Below are positions 29,843 to 40,200 of a stretch of DNA of 64,000 bases, one piece after another (position 1 is the stretch's first letter; the number at the start of each line of letters is the position of its first letter). The notes under the pieces were generated by a model. It saw only the letters and a program-made list of their open reading frames with translations. It had not been told where the DNA came from and did not search any database. The DNA is from Alphaproteobacteria bacterium (GTDB lineage: Bacteria; Pseudomonadota; Alphaproteobacteria; MPNO01; UBA830). The position numbers and the translations under genes were made by a program. The DNA lies in NCBI GenBank assembly GCA_965243135.1, contig OZ251539.1:2944001-3008000 (forward strand), in the 5' to 3' direction.

Positions 29843-32800
29843 CTACGCCTGAGACAAGCCGCCCCGGCCGGCCCGCCGCCCGGCCTCCTTCTCCCGCAAG
29901 GCGCGCCGCCGCGCCTCTTCGTCCGGCCAATGGTCGCGCCGGCAATGCGCCAGGGCGTCGGCGAGGCGGAAGATGCGTTCTCCCGTTTCGGGCGGGCGCG
30001 CGCCCCCGGCCTGCCTGACCAGGAGGCCGATCCCGTCCTTTCCGGCGTCCTCGCCGTCGGCCGCGATATCCTCGACGACGGCCTCGATCGTCCGTTCTTC
30101 CAGCGACTCCGACCACGGCCCGGCCTCGACCGTCTCCGTCCACCGGAGAACGTCGCCGCGCGCGAGGTCGGCGGGACCCGCGACGGCCGCCTCCGCGAGT
30201 TCCGCGCCCGGCGCCTCGAGCCGCGACGCGTCGTCCGGCCAGAGCGGTTTCCGGATCGCGTCGTCGCGTTCGTGAGCCTCTTCGACCTCCCGGACCGTCC
30301 AGGAGACGAGGTCGCCGCCCGCGAGGTGCGGGCCGTAGGTTTTCGCGTCCGCGAGAATGGCGCGTCCGGCGGCGAGCAGCCGTTCGCTCTCCGCCCGCCA
30401 GCCGGCGTAGGAGGGAACGTCCCTTATCGACGCCGCCGCGCTGCGTTCCCATTCCGCGAAGAGTTCCGTCCGCCGCGAGTCGTTCCTGTCCGCGGCCGCG
30501 ACGTACTCGTCGATGCGCCGCCGCGCCGCCCGTCCCTCTTCCAGATAGACCAGCGCCCGGTCGATCTGCCGTCCGGCGTCGTCGTCCAGGTCGGCGCGGA
30601 TCGCTTTCATGCGTTCGACGAACTCCGCGTGGCCATCGAGGTACATAACGTGAACTCCGACGTCGTCGGCGCGGACCGAGCGTTCCTTCCAGTCGGCGTT
30701 CAGCCGCTCCAGCCGTTCCTGAAGTCGCCGTCCTTCCGCCGCCCGTTCCGGATCGACCGGCCGCTCGCCGCGATCGATCGCCCGGAACACGTCCTCGGCC
30801 GTCCGCGCGCCGCGGAACGCCTCGCGGATCTTCTCCAGAAGCCGCGCGATCCGCGCGAACAGCCAGGAAACCTGCGCGCCGGTCTCGAGCCGGTTTTCGC
30901 TCCATCGGCGGTAGGCTTCGGCGACGGCCTCTTCGATCTGCGCCTCTTCCGGCCGGTCGGCGTAGCGCGTCCGGATGCCGAAGGCGTCGAGCCATTCGTC
31001 CCGCGCCCGCGCCGCGAGCGCTTCCCAATCGCCGTCGGAAAACGCGCCGAGATCCCGCAGCGCGTGGACGATCTCGTGCCGCAGCACGCTCCGCATCGTG
31101 CCCGGTTCGGCCAGCGCGACCTCGATGACGCCGCGGGCGTAGCGGCCCATCGCCTCGTCCGCCGGATCCGCGGTCAGCCGCAGGCCGACCGCTCCGGCGC
31201 CGATCGCGTCGAGTTCCGCCCGCAATTCCGCGAACGCCGCTTGCCGCTCCGTCTCCGGGAACGTCCGCCGCGGTCCGTCCATCTCCGCGCGACGCGCCTC
31301 GCGCGGTCCGCCGGACGCGCCCGTCAACGGGCCGAGCGCCGCCCGCAGCGCGTCCGGCCCCGGATCGAGCAGGTCGTCGTTCGCGTCCTTGCCCTGCGGC
31401 AGCGCCCGCGAAACCCGGACCTCCGAGTCGGCGAACCGCGCCTGCAGCGATTCCCACGCCCGTTCGCCCGCCGCGTCGCGGTCCTGAACCAGAACCGCCT
31501 CGCGGACCTGCGCCGGAATTTCGACGCCGGCGATCCTTCCGGCCGACAGGGTCGCCGCCACCGCCAGCCCCTGGCGCTCGCCCGGGGTCAGCACCCGCAG
31601 GACGGCCATGGCGTCCTCGATCCCCTCGCACAGCGCGACCCGTTTCGCCGTCCGCGGATCGCCGAACCAGACCGCGCCGCGACCGGGCATGCCCATGTTG
31701 CGCTTGCGGCCCTCGATTTCGGCCGGGCGGCCGTCCGGCGCGAGGAAGATGCGGTGAACCGCTTCCAGGGTTCCGTCGGGCGTCCGCACCGGCGCCAGCA
31801 GCGCCGGCAGCGCCCTGGTTTCGCCGTCCGCCTGGACCCACGCGCCGGGATGGAAGCGAAGATCCTGCGCGTCCGCCGGCGACAGCCCGCGGCGCCGGAG
31901 ATAGCGGGCCGCGGGGGTCTCGGTTCCGACGCCGCGCCCGCTGCGCAGGAACTGCTGAAGCCGCCGCGCGTCGGCCCGCGGCCGTTCCGCGCTCCCGGCT
32001 TCCCGCGCCGCCGCAGGACGGCCGCCGAGAAAGGCGCGGGCCTCGTCCATGGCGTCGACCATCCGCGCATGGCCGCTCGCCGCGCGGATCAGGTCGAGCA
32101 GGTCGCCCTTCTCGCCGGTCGCGGCGTCGGTCCACTTGCCCCGGCGGCCGCCCGCCAGATGGACGTAGAGCGACTGGCCGCGCTCTCCCGCCACCGACCC
32201 CGCCTGCCAGTAGTTGCCGGCGCGCCGGCCGTTCGGCAGCCAGGTCCGGCAGACTTCCTCCGCCCGCGCCGCCAGCGCCGCGGACAGGTCCGCCGCCGAG
32301 GGCCGCGGCGCGCTGCGCTCGGGCGCCGGCGCCATCTCCTCCTCCGCGTTCCGGAACGTGGATTCGCCGTTCCGTTCATGCCCGGGCGCGGCGGCCTTCC
32401 GGTAGCCGTCCGCGCGAAGGTACTGCGTCTCGAATTCGTCCAGGTCATCCTTGCCGATCCCGGCGACGCGGTCCAGCACCGGCGCGTAGCGGCGGGGCTT
32501 CGCCCGCCAGCGCGCCGCCATCTCCAGCGCCGCCGCGTGCCGCGCCAGCGTCGCGGCGAAGGCCGGCTCGGCCGCCACCGCCGGGCCTTCCCGGCGCGCC
32601 CGCTCGCGCAGGTATCCCCAAGCTTCCATGATCTCGCCGCGTTCGCGCGCGAAAGCGCGCATCTCCTCTCCGTAGCGCAGGTCGAGGGCGGCGTTGCGGA
32701 CGGCGCGCGCCATCCTCGCGCTCCAGTTGTCGTTCGCCGCGCGCGCCTCCGCCGTCCGCCCGGCGTCCGCGGCGTCATTGGCCGGCTCCGCGTCCCCGCC

Positions 32801-35782
32801 GCCGGCCGCCTCGCGCCGTTCCGGACCCGCGGCCCGTTCGGCGTCCGCGCGTCCGGAGTCCGGCGCAGCCCCGGAAGTTCCGGCCGACCGCGCGTTCCTT
32901 CCGGCCTTCCCGAAGGCGCCGTCCCGTCCGTCCTCGCGGCCCGGGCTCCGCCCGTCCCGCGCCGCCTCGCGTTCCGCCCGCATCCTGGCCCGCAGCTCGT
33001 CCGACATGTGGTCGACGGCCGCGACCTTCGGCTGCTCCCGCGACCACCGCTGCGCCAGATACTCCTTCACCTCTTCGTCGGTGACCGGCTCGTCCATCCG
33101 GTCTTCCGGCCGCCGCGCCGCGACGTCCATCGCCAGCGGCTCGCGGTCGACGTAGACGTCGAGACCTTTGCGATGACGGGTCGCCGCCGGATAGATCGTC
33201 TCCCTCGCCGGCTTGTCGTCGGCCAGCAGGAACGCATGGTCGACCGTCGCCCCCTGCGCCGAGGTGATCGTCAGGGCGTAGCCGTAGTCGAGCCGGATGT
33301 TGCCCCGGAAGTCCGCGATCTCGTCGTGCGCGAACGTCACCCGCCGTCCGTCTTCCGTATGCGCCTCGATCCACAGCCGGAAATCGTCCCCGCCCGAGGT
33401 CTTCCGCCCATCCGCCAGTTTCTCGATCCGGAAGTCGTCGACCGTGACGATCGTGCCGTTGAACAGCCGCTCGTCCCAGTGCGGCGCGCCGCAGCGCAAC
33501 CGGTCGCCGCGCGCGATCTCCAGCGGCGTCGCCCGCCGGTCGTCCAGTTTCCCCCGCGCGACCCGCACGACCGCCCGCTCTGCGTCCTCGCGCCCGGCGA
33601 GGACGCGCTCCCGCATCAGGAAGGACAGCGCGCCCACCTCCGCGTGCGTGCGCGCCAGAACCATCGTCGACCTGTCCGGGTTCTCGCGCCGGTAGCGGTC
33701 CCAATCGTCGACCAGCGCCGTCAGCGCGCTCTCCCGGTCCGCCGCGAGATGAAACCGCCCGCGCGCGTCCCACGCGGCGATCGCTTCCTCGGCCCGGCAG
33801 TCCTTCAGCGCCTCCGACGCCGCTACCTGCCACGGCGTGAACTCCGGCTTGTCCGCCGTCTCCGCGAACGCCCGGAGGCGCGCCTCGCGCTCCTCCGCCG
33901 GCATCATCCCGGCCTTGAGCCGCGCCGTCTCCGGGTCGAGCCCGTCGACGTGCCGCAGCACGTCGTCGATGTCAGGAAGCTGCCTGCGGATGCGGTCGAC
34001 CCGCGCGCTGCCGGCCACGTCGCGCACCAGCCGCAGTCCCGGCCCGGCCTCCACCGGCTGCTGCTGTTCGGTGTCGCCGGCCCACAGGATCTTCGCTCCC
34101 GTGAGCTTCGACAGCCGCATCAGGCTGTACGCCTGCCGCACCGAAAGCATCCCCGCCTCGTCGACGAAGATCACCGTCCGGTCGTCGATCTCGAGCTGTC
34201 CCTTCGCCGCCATCCGCAGCAGCCGGGCGACCGAATACGGCGGGATTTCGCAGTCGTTGGCGAGCGCCACCGCCGTCCGCCACGCCACCGCGGCGCCCAG
34301 CAACCTGTACCCGCGGTCCCGGTACAGGTCGGCGACCGGCCGCAACGTCGTCGTCTTGCCCGATCCCGCCGCGCCCTCGATGATCGTCACCCGGCCGGCG
34401 CGCCCGGCCGCGTGCCGGATCGCCTCCGTCTGCTCCTCCGACAGCGGGTAGCCGTCCTTCAGCAGCAGCTCGATCTTCGCTTCGATCTCCTGGGCCGGCA
34501 CCGCGAAGCCGGCGGCGCGGACGGCCTCTTCGGCCATATCCCGGATCTCCTCCTCCATCCCGACATGCGCCTTCGTCGAGAAGGCCCGCGTATGCGCGAG
34601 CCCGGCCTCCGCGTCCGCCGAGTCCTCCGGCTTGTCCATGCGCACGATCTCTTCATGGCGCAGCGCGCGCTCCAGGCAGGTCGCGATCGCGTCGCGGTCG
34701 AGCAGCCCCGCGGTCGCGTTCTGAACCCGCTCGACGATGTCGGGCAGGCGGAACACCGCTTCCTCGCGGGTGAGGTCGGCGGGCAGCTTCTCCAGGGTTT
34801 CCGTGAGCTTCCGGATCGCTTCCTGCGTCGTCTCGATCTCGTGCCCGGCCGCTTTTTCGATCATCTCGCGGACGTTCTCGACGAACGCTTCCGCCTCGCG
34901 CCGCCAGCGTTCGTGGCGCTCCTCCGAACCGTTGTCGTGATATTCCTTCCGCGCCCGGGACGACAGGTTCGCCTGCGCCGCCCGCGACGCGTTGCCCTTC
35001 ACCGAATATCCCTTCTTCGCCGCTTCCTCCTCGATCGTCCGCCGCCGCTTCGACCATTCCTCGACCAGATCCTCGGGGATCCCGACGATGCGCGTGAACT
35101 CGCCCCGCGCGCCGTACCGCTCCGTCCGGATGCCGAGCCGCTCCCGGAGGTTCCACGCCAGCGCGTTGCGGTAGGTCGCGCCGGCCGCCATTTTCCATCG
35201 GTAGAGCGGGTACTGGTGGACCGCCCGGAACTTCCCGTCGAAATGCGCCCGCGCGACGTTCAGGATCACGCAGTGCGTATGCAGTTGCGGGTCGTTCGCC
35301 CGCGACGAGCCGTGCTGGAACGTCGCCGCCATCAGGTCGGCGTCGACGACCTTGATGATGCGCTCTCGCGTCCGGATCCGCGTGTAGCTGCAATGCGCGA
35401 CGACGACCTCCTCGAGCGCCGTCCGCGCCGCGTCGTTGTGCGCCCGCTCGATCTCCGCCCGCAGTTCGGGGTCCGCCACCGCCCACAGCGCCGACACCGT
35501 CTTGTCCGCGGAGAACGTCATGTCGAGGCCGGCCGAACGGCCTTCCTTGCCCGCGTTCTGCGTCAGCGCCGACCCGTCGACCGGGGAAAAGCCGCCGTAG
35601 AGAGCCATCCAGTCGGCGGTCTCGACCTTGCCGCCGTCGGCGAGATCGAACAGGCCGGACGGATTGAACCAGACTCCGTCCGGCTCCTCGCCGCCGACGT
35701 AGTACGAATCGGCCGGCCGGTACGACTGTTGGCATTCCATGTAATAGGCGGCGTCCGCCGCCTGGCCGAGCGAGCAGACCAT
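29843..35782 (-). CDS. MobF (TrwC/TraA-like) relaxase-helicase fused to Toprim primase, zincin-like and C-terminal domains
   Basis: YY...YY tyrosines, GLDMTFSADK, FQHGSSRANDPQLHTH, GAAGSGKT, VDEAGM, YGYALTITSAQG; LCEGIEDA and QDRDAAG (Toprim); RHEIVH. Confidence 0.92.
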   Translation of the reverse strand: MVCSLGQAADAAYYMECQQSYRPADSYYVGGEEPDGVWFNPSGLFDLADGGKVETADWMALYGGFSPVDGSALTQNAGKEGRSAGLDMTFSADKTVSALWAVADPELRAEIERAHNDAARTALEEVVVAHCSYTRIRTRERIIKVVDADLMAATFQHGSSRANDPQLHTHCVILNVARAHFDGKFRAVHQYPLYRWKMAAGATYRNALAWNLRERLGIRTERYGARGEFTRIVGIPEDLVEEWSKRRRTIEEEAAKKGYSVKGNASRAAQANLSSRARKEYHDNGSEERHERWRREAEAFVENVREMIEKAAGHEIETTQEAIRKLTETLEKLPADLTREEAVFRLPDIVERVQNATAGLLDRDAIATCLERALRHEEIVRMDKPEDSADAEAGLAHTRAFSTKAHVGMEEEIRDMAEEAVRAAGFAVPAQEIEAKIELLLKDGYPLSEEQTEAIRHAAGRAGRVTIIEGAAGSGKTTTLRPVADLYRDRGYRLLGAAVAWRTAVALANDCEIPPYSVARLLRMAAKGQLEIDDRTVIFVDEAGMLSVRQAYSLMRLSKLTGAKILWAGDTEQQQPVEAGPGLRLVRDVAGSARVDRIRRQLPDIDDVLRHVDGLDPETARLKAGMMPAEEREARLRAFAETADKPEFTPWQVAASEALKDCRAEEAIAAWDARGRFHLAADRESALTALVDDWDRYRRENPDRSTMVLARTHAEVGALSFLMRERVLAGREDAERAVVRVARGKLDDRRATPLEIARGDRLRCGAPHWDERLFNGTIVTVDDFRIEKLADGRKTSGGDDFRLWIEAHTEDGRRVTFAHDEIADFRGNIRLDYGYALTITSAQGATVDHAFLLADDKPARETIYPAATRHRKGLDVYVDREPLAMDVAARRPEDRMDEPVTDEEVKEYLAQRWSREQPKVAAVDHMSDELRARMRAEREAARDGRSPGREDGRDGAFGKAGRNARSAGTSGAAPDSGRADAERAAGPERREAAGGGDAEPANDAADAGRTAEARAANDNWSARMARAVRNAALDLRYGEEMRAFARERGEIMEAWGYLRERARREGPAVAAEPAFAATLARHAAALEMAARWRAKPRRYAPVLDRVAGIGKDDLDEFETQYLRADGYRKAAAPGHERNGESTFRNAEEEMAPAPERSAPRPSAADLSAALAARAEEVCRTWLPNGRRAGNYWQAGSVAGERGQSLYVHLAGGRRGKWTDAATGEKGDLLDLIRAASGHARMVDAMDEARAFLGGRPAAAREAGSAERPRADARRLQQFLRSGRGVGTETPAARYLRRRGLSPADAQDLRFHPGAWVQADGETRALPALLAPVRTPDGTLEAVHRIFLAPDGRPAEIEGRKRNMGMPGRGAVWFGDPRTAKRVALCEGIEDAMAVLRVLTPGERQGLAVAATLSAGRIAGVEIPAQVREAVLVQDRDAAGERAWESLQARFADSEVRVSRALPQGKDANDDLLDPGPDALRAALGPLTGASGGPREARRAEMDGPRRTFPETERQAAFAELRAELDAIGAGAVGLRLTADPADEAMGRYARGVIEVALAEPGTMRSVLRHEIVHALRDLGAFSDGDWEALAARARDEWLDAFGIRTRYADRPEEAQIEEAVAEAYRRWSENRLETGAQVSWLFARIARLLEKIREAFRGARTAEDVFRAIDRGERPVDPERAAEGRRLQERLERLNADWKERSVRADDVGVHVMYLDGHAEFVERMKAIRADLDDDAGRQIDRALVYLEEGRAARRRIDEYVAAADRNDSRRTELFAEWERSAAASIRDVPSYAGWRAESERLLAAGRAILADAKTYGPHLAGGDLVSWTVREVEEAHERDDAIRKPLWPDDASRLEAPGAELAEAAVAGPADLARGDVLRWTETVEAGPWSESLEERTIEAVVEDIAADGEDAGKDGIGLLVRQAGGARPPETGERIFRLADALAHCRRDHWPDEEARRRALREKEAGRRAGRGGLSQA

Positions 35783-35938
35783 CAGCCGCGCTCCCGCGGC
35801 GGTGCCGGGCGGCGGTTTCCGCGCCCGTCCGGCGGGCGGATTCCCCCTTCTTTTCGGCGCTTTCGGGGCCCGGCGGGCGCCGTCAGGCGGAGCCGCGGGC
35901 GGGTCGGCCCCGCAGCCGCGCGCGCCGGAGGTGCACAG

Positions 35939-37274
35939 GTGTGAAGACCAGACATGACCTTTTCGCGGTTGCGGGGGATGGAGTATAGGCGCCGGTCACT
36001 GAAGAGCAAGGGGGACGGGGAGCGGTCGTGAGAGTCCGAGGCCGCCGCTCGCGAGCGTTTCGTTGCGCTGGGGGCCGCGCCGAGGGGGCAGGTTGGAGCG
36101 GCTATCGGGTACCGCCTCTGCCTTCGGGGCGAAATGGACGGCGCGCGAGCGCAATGGCAGCGGCGCGAACAGGCATCGGTTCCCCCGGGCGGCAGGGCCT
36201 GGTCAGCGAAGGGGCGGTACGACCGTCAACCGTTCAGCGGCGCTTGCCGCCTTCGTTTGCGATCGGAGCCGGAAGATCCTTCAGGCGGTCCGGGGGATCC
36301 TGCGCTCAGAGTCCGATCGCCGCATCGGGATCGCCGGCGGCGAGCGCATTCATCCAACCGAGGCAAAGCTCGCGGGATCGGAAGCTTCCGTAAGCCGCGG
36401 CTTCCTGACGTTGAACGATCGGAAAAGTCGAGTAGACGTACCGGACATCGTCGCGGTCGGTCACGCCGTAAAGGTGAAAGAAAACGGCGTCCAGCTTCGC
36501 GCGAAGCGAGAGGCGGCGATCCTCGTCCCAAAGAAACGGCGGCAGGACTTCGCCGTTTCCGTCTACGTGGTCGAGGGCGCTGGCAAAAGGGGCCATGTCG
36601 TGGGCCGTGTGAAGACCAGACATGACCTTTTCGCGGTTGCGGGGGATGGAGTATAGGCGCCGGTCACTGAAGAGCAAGGGGGACGGGGAGCGGTCGTGAG
36701 AGTCCGAGGCCGCCGCTCGCGAGCGTTTCGTTGCGCTGGGGGCCGCGCCGAGGGGGCAGGTTGGAGCGGCTATCGGGTACCGCCTCTGCCTTCGGGGCGA
36801 AATGGACGGCGCGCGAGCGCAATGGCAGCGGCGCGAACAGGCATCGGTTCCCCCGGGCGGCAGGGCCTGGTCAGCGAAGGGGCGGTACGACCGTCAACCG
36901 TTCAGCGGCGCTTGCCGCCTTCGTTTGCGATCGGAGCCGGAAGATCCTTCAGGCGGTCCGGGGGATCCTGCGCTCAGAGTCCGATCGCCGCATCGGGATC
37001 GCCGGCGGCGAGCGCATTCATCCAACCGAGGCAAAGCTCGCGGGATCGGAAGCTTCCGTAAGCCGCGGCTTCCTGCCGTTCAACGATCGGAAAAGTCGAG
37101 TAGACGTACCGGACATCGTCGCGGTCGGTCACGCCGTAAAGGTGAAAGAAAACGGCGTCCAGCTTCGCGCGAAGCGAGAGGCGGCGATCCTCGTCCCAAA
37201 GAAACGGCGGCAGGACTTCGCCGTTTCCGTCTACGTGGTCGAGGGCGCTGGCAAAAGGGGCCATGTCGTGGGCC
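35939..37274. repeat. 668-bp tandem duplication (35939-36606 and 36607-37274)
   Basis: Near-identical copies with two substitutions seen (CCTGACGTTGAAC vs CCTGCCGTTCAAC); GTGT microhomology at the junctions. Confidence 0.95.
35982..36009 (-). promoter_or_regulatory. Putative sigma70 promoter upstream of the relaxase (second copy at 36650-36677)
   Basis: Minus strand TTGCTC-N16-TATACT. Confidence 0.45.
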
Positions 37275-40200
37275 GTGTAGGTCAGTTCCAGCACCGCCTC
37301 GCGGACGATTTCTCCTGCCGACTTCGGTCCGAAATTGATCGTCTCGTAGCGTTCCCGAGGAACGACGGGAAGTTGCTCGATTATGAACAGGTTCAAGTTC
37401 TGTCCCTGGACCTTCTGGCGGACGACGTAATCCAGCGGAACCGAATTGAGGTTGGCGACCAGCAGTGCGGTAGTGCCTGCCGGATCTTCGCCGACGTTGA
37501 GCAACGGCAGGGAATTTCCGGCTCCGCACACGGGCAGGACCGCGGCGATCATCGACCGCATGTTCGTTGGAGAGGTGACATGTTTCAAGCCGAGAACGTA
37601 CGACGTACCGGGAAGTTCCGCCCCTTCCTTCAACACCCAGAATTGCGGATCAGGCAGCCAGTCCGGGTCCTGGTGCTGCTTTGCCGTCGCCGGCGCCGGC
37701 TGTGCGGGACGGTGCACGTTCTCCCGGTTCACGGCGACGCTGGCTGCCCGGTGGTCGTACGCCTGCACCATCTTGCCTTCGTAGAGCGGCAGCCACTCGC
37801 CCTTCGGGCTGTCGTAGCGATTTCCGCCGACCAACCAGGCGCCTTCCTTTTCCTCGAGTTCCCACCGCATCCGGAAAAGATGGGAATCGTTGGTCATGTC
37901 GAACATCCGGGTATAAGTCACCGGCCAGACGGCGACCGGCTCGCCCCCCGAACGGTCGACCAGAACCGGCAGGCGTTCGTAGATGGCCGTCGTCAGTTCC
38001 GCGTCGCGGGGGGTGCGGAATATCGGCGCGGTGCCGGTGTTGGGATTAACCCGCGCGAACTCCGCAGCGGTCAGCGGAAAACTGCGCTCCGGGATTTCGG
38101 AAACGGCATGCATGTAGAACGCGCACCGCGCCGGCGCGCCGGTCGGCGACCCGGAAGCGACAAAGACGCAGAATTTGAAACGGCTGTCCACATCCGGAAA
38201 AAAGCCTCTTTTGTTCTCGAAGTCGTACAGCGCCCTGAGTCGGCCCGCGGTCGCTACGCTCTTGAAGAAATCGGCAGCGGTCTTATCCGAGGCGATGCCG
38301 GAAGGCGTGAGCAGTCCGACGATGCCTTCCGGCCGGATCAGCGCCATGGCGCGCTCGACGAACAACGCATAAAGGTTCATGTCGCCGCATGACAACAGGG
38401 GATAATCGTTCGAGGCGCGCGCCATGCGCGCCATGGCCTCGGCACGTTCGCGGGCTTCGTCGTATTCCGCCGCGAGCGGATCCTCTTCCCGTTCCATAGC
38501 GGCAATCATGCGCCTGCGGTCAGCGGCGCGGGTCGCTGCCGCGATCTCCAGACGCCGCGCCGCAAACCACTCCACCTGTTGCAACTTCACCCGGTCCCAG
38601 GGTGGATTGCCGACAACCGCATCGAAACCCCCCTCGCGGTCACGCGCCTGCCAATTTCTCCAGACGCCGGGAAACGCCACCTGCCAGCTGAGAAATCGTT
38701 CGTCGGCCATCAACCCGAAGGCACGTCGGAGAAGCCCGGCGAAACGTTCCGCATCCGCGCCGGTGGCCGCCACGCCTGTCCGCCCCAGCGCTATGTCGAG
38801 CGGATCTCCGAATTGGCCGTCGAAGAAGGCATGCACGGCGCTAGTGTCTTCAGGTTCGCAAATCCAGTCGAGGGCGTGCACCAGCGAAAGAAAGGCGTCC
38901 AGCGGCGCTGTGCGTTCGCGAACGTCGTCAAAAATTTCCGCCGATCTGTCGGCTTCCGCGATTTCGGCGTCCGTCAGCGCCTCGATCGTCTCCATTTCCC
39001 TTTCCGCGGAGGTCGCCCGCCGCAACGGTTCGTGCAGCAGCAGCGGCGACCCGTGCGCGGCCGCCCGGTCGGTTCCCTCCCGAACCCAGGATCCGAACAG
39101 GCTGTTCCCGCAGCGGAGGTGGTGATCAAGGAAGCTCAGCGGCGCTCCGACAGTGAAGGTATGCAACCAGAGCGCCACCTTCGCGAGCTCTACCGCCATC
39201 GGATTCTTGTCTACGCCGTAGACGCAACGCTTGAGCACCATCCGCCGAACGATGTGACGGTCGTCGAGCCGCTCCGGGTCGATAGTCCAGCTCCCGGCCT
39301 CCGCGTTGGCCAGCACGGTGCGGCGGATGTCCGCGATGCGCGCGTTCAACGGCGAACGGTAGCCGTCTACCGCCGCCTCCGCATCGGCGATCGCGGCAAG
39401 AGTGCGATCCGATAGGTAATCCACCACGCCGACCAAGAAATGCCCTGAACCCATCGACGGATCGCACACCTTGAGCAGCAAGATCGCTTCCGCAGGATCG
39501 AGTCTCTCGAGCGATTTTTCTCCGGCCCGGGCAGCGTCCATAAACGCATCGAGGCGGGCGTCAATCAGCGGGTCGAGCGTCTCCCGCAAGACTACCCCGA
39601 CGAGGTCGTCCGGCGTGTAATAGCTCCCTGAGCTTTTGCGGGCGAAGAGGTTGGGGCGAATCGCTATGCCGCCCTCCTCGCGCGCGATCTCCTGCTCCAG
39701 CAAACGCTCGTAGATGGATCCGAGTTGTCCGACGCCGAGGTCCCGGTAGTTGATGTATCGGCGTCCGGGACCCTCGTAAGACAGGATGTCGATCACTTCC
39801 GACATCACGTCGTCGCCGATCCTGATGCGCTCCAGAAGCGGCATCCGCCTCCGGTCGAACAACCCGCCGTTGTATGGCGGCAGTCCGATCCTCGGGTCTC
39901 CCTCGCCGACGATTCGGCAGAGATCGTCGATCGCCGTCCAGTAGCGGGTGGTGGCCGGCGAAAACGGAAGCCCCTGGTTCAAGCGATTTCCGATCTCGCC
40001 TCGCACCTTTTCCCGCAGGGCGTAGTCCGCGTAACGGGGATCGCGGACCGGAAGCAGGTCGCGATCCTCCGCATAGAGAATGAAGAGCAGCCGGTAAAGC
40101 AGAATCAGCGTGGCTTCCCGTACCTCGGCAGCCGCCGCGTCCGGCGCGCCGGCCGCGATCGCGCCGGCGAGCACCGGGAAGACCCGCCCGAAGATCGTTT

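Noticed and set aside
29930-35944. 2004-aa plus-strand ORF
   Set aside because: Antisense shadow of the GC-rich relaxase; no motifs. The same applies to 4512-7058, 8510-10519 and 57854-59941.
35783-36300. Precise oriT/nic site
   Set aside because: Short palindromes are present (CGCTCGCGAGCG) but none matches a MobF nic consensus I can support.
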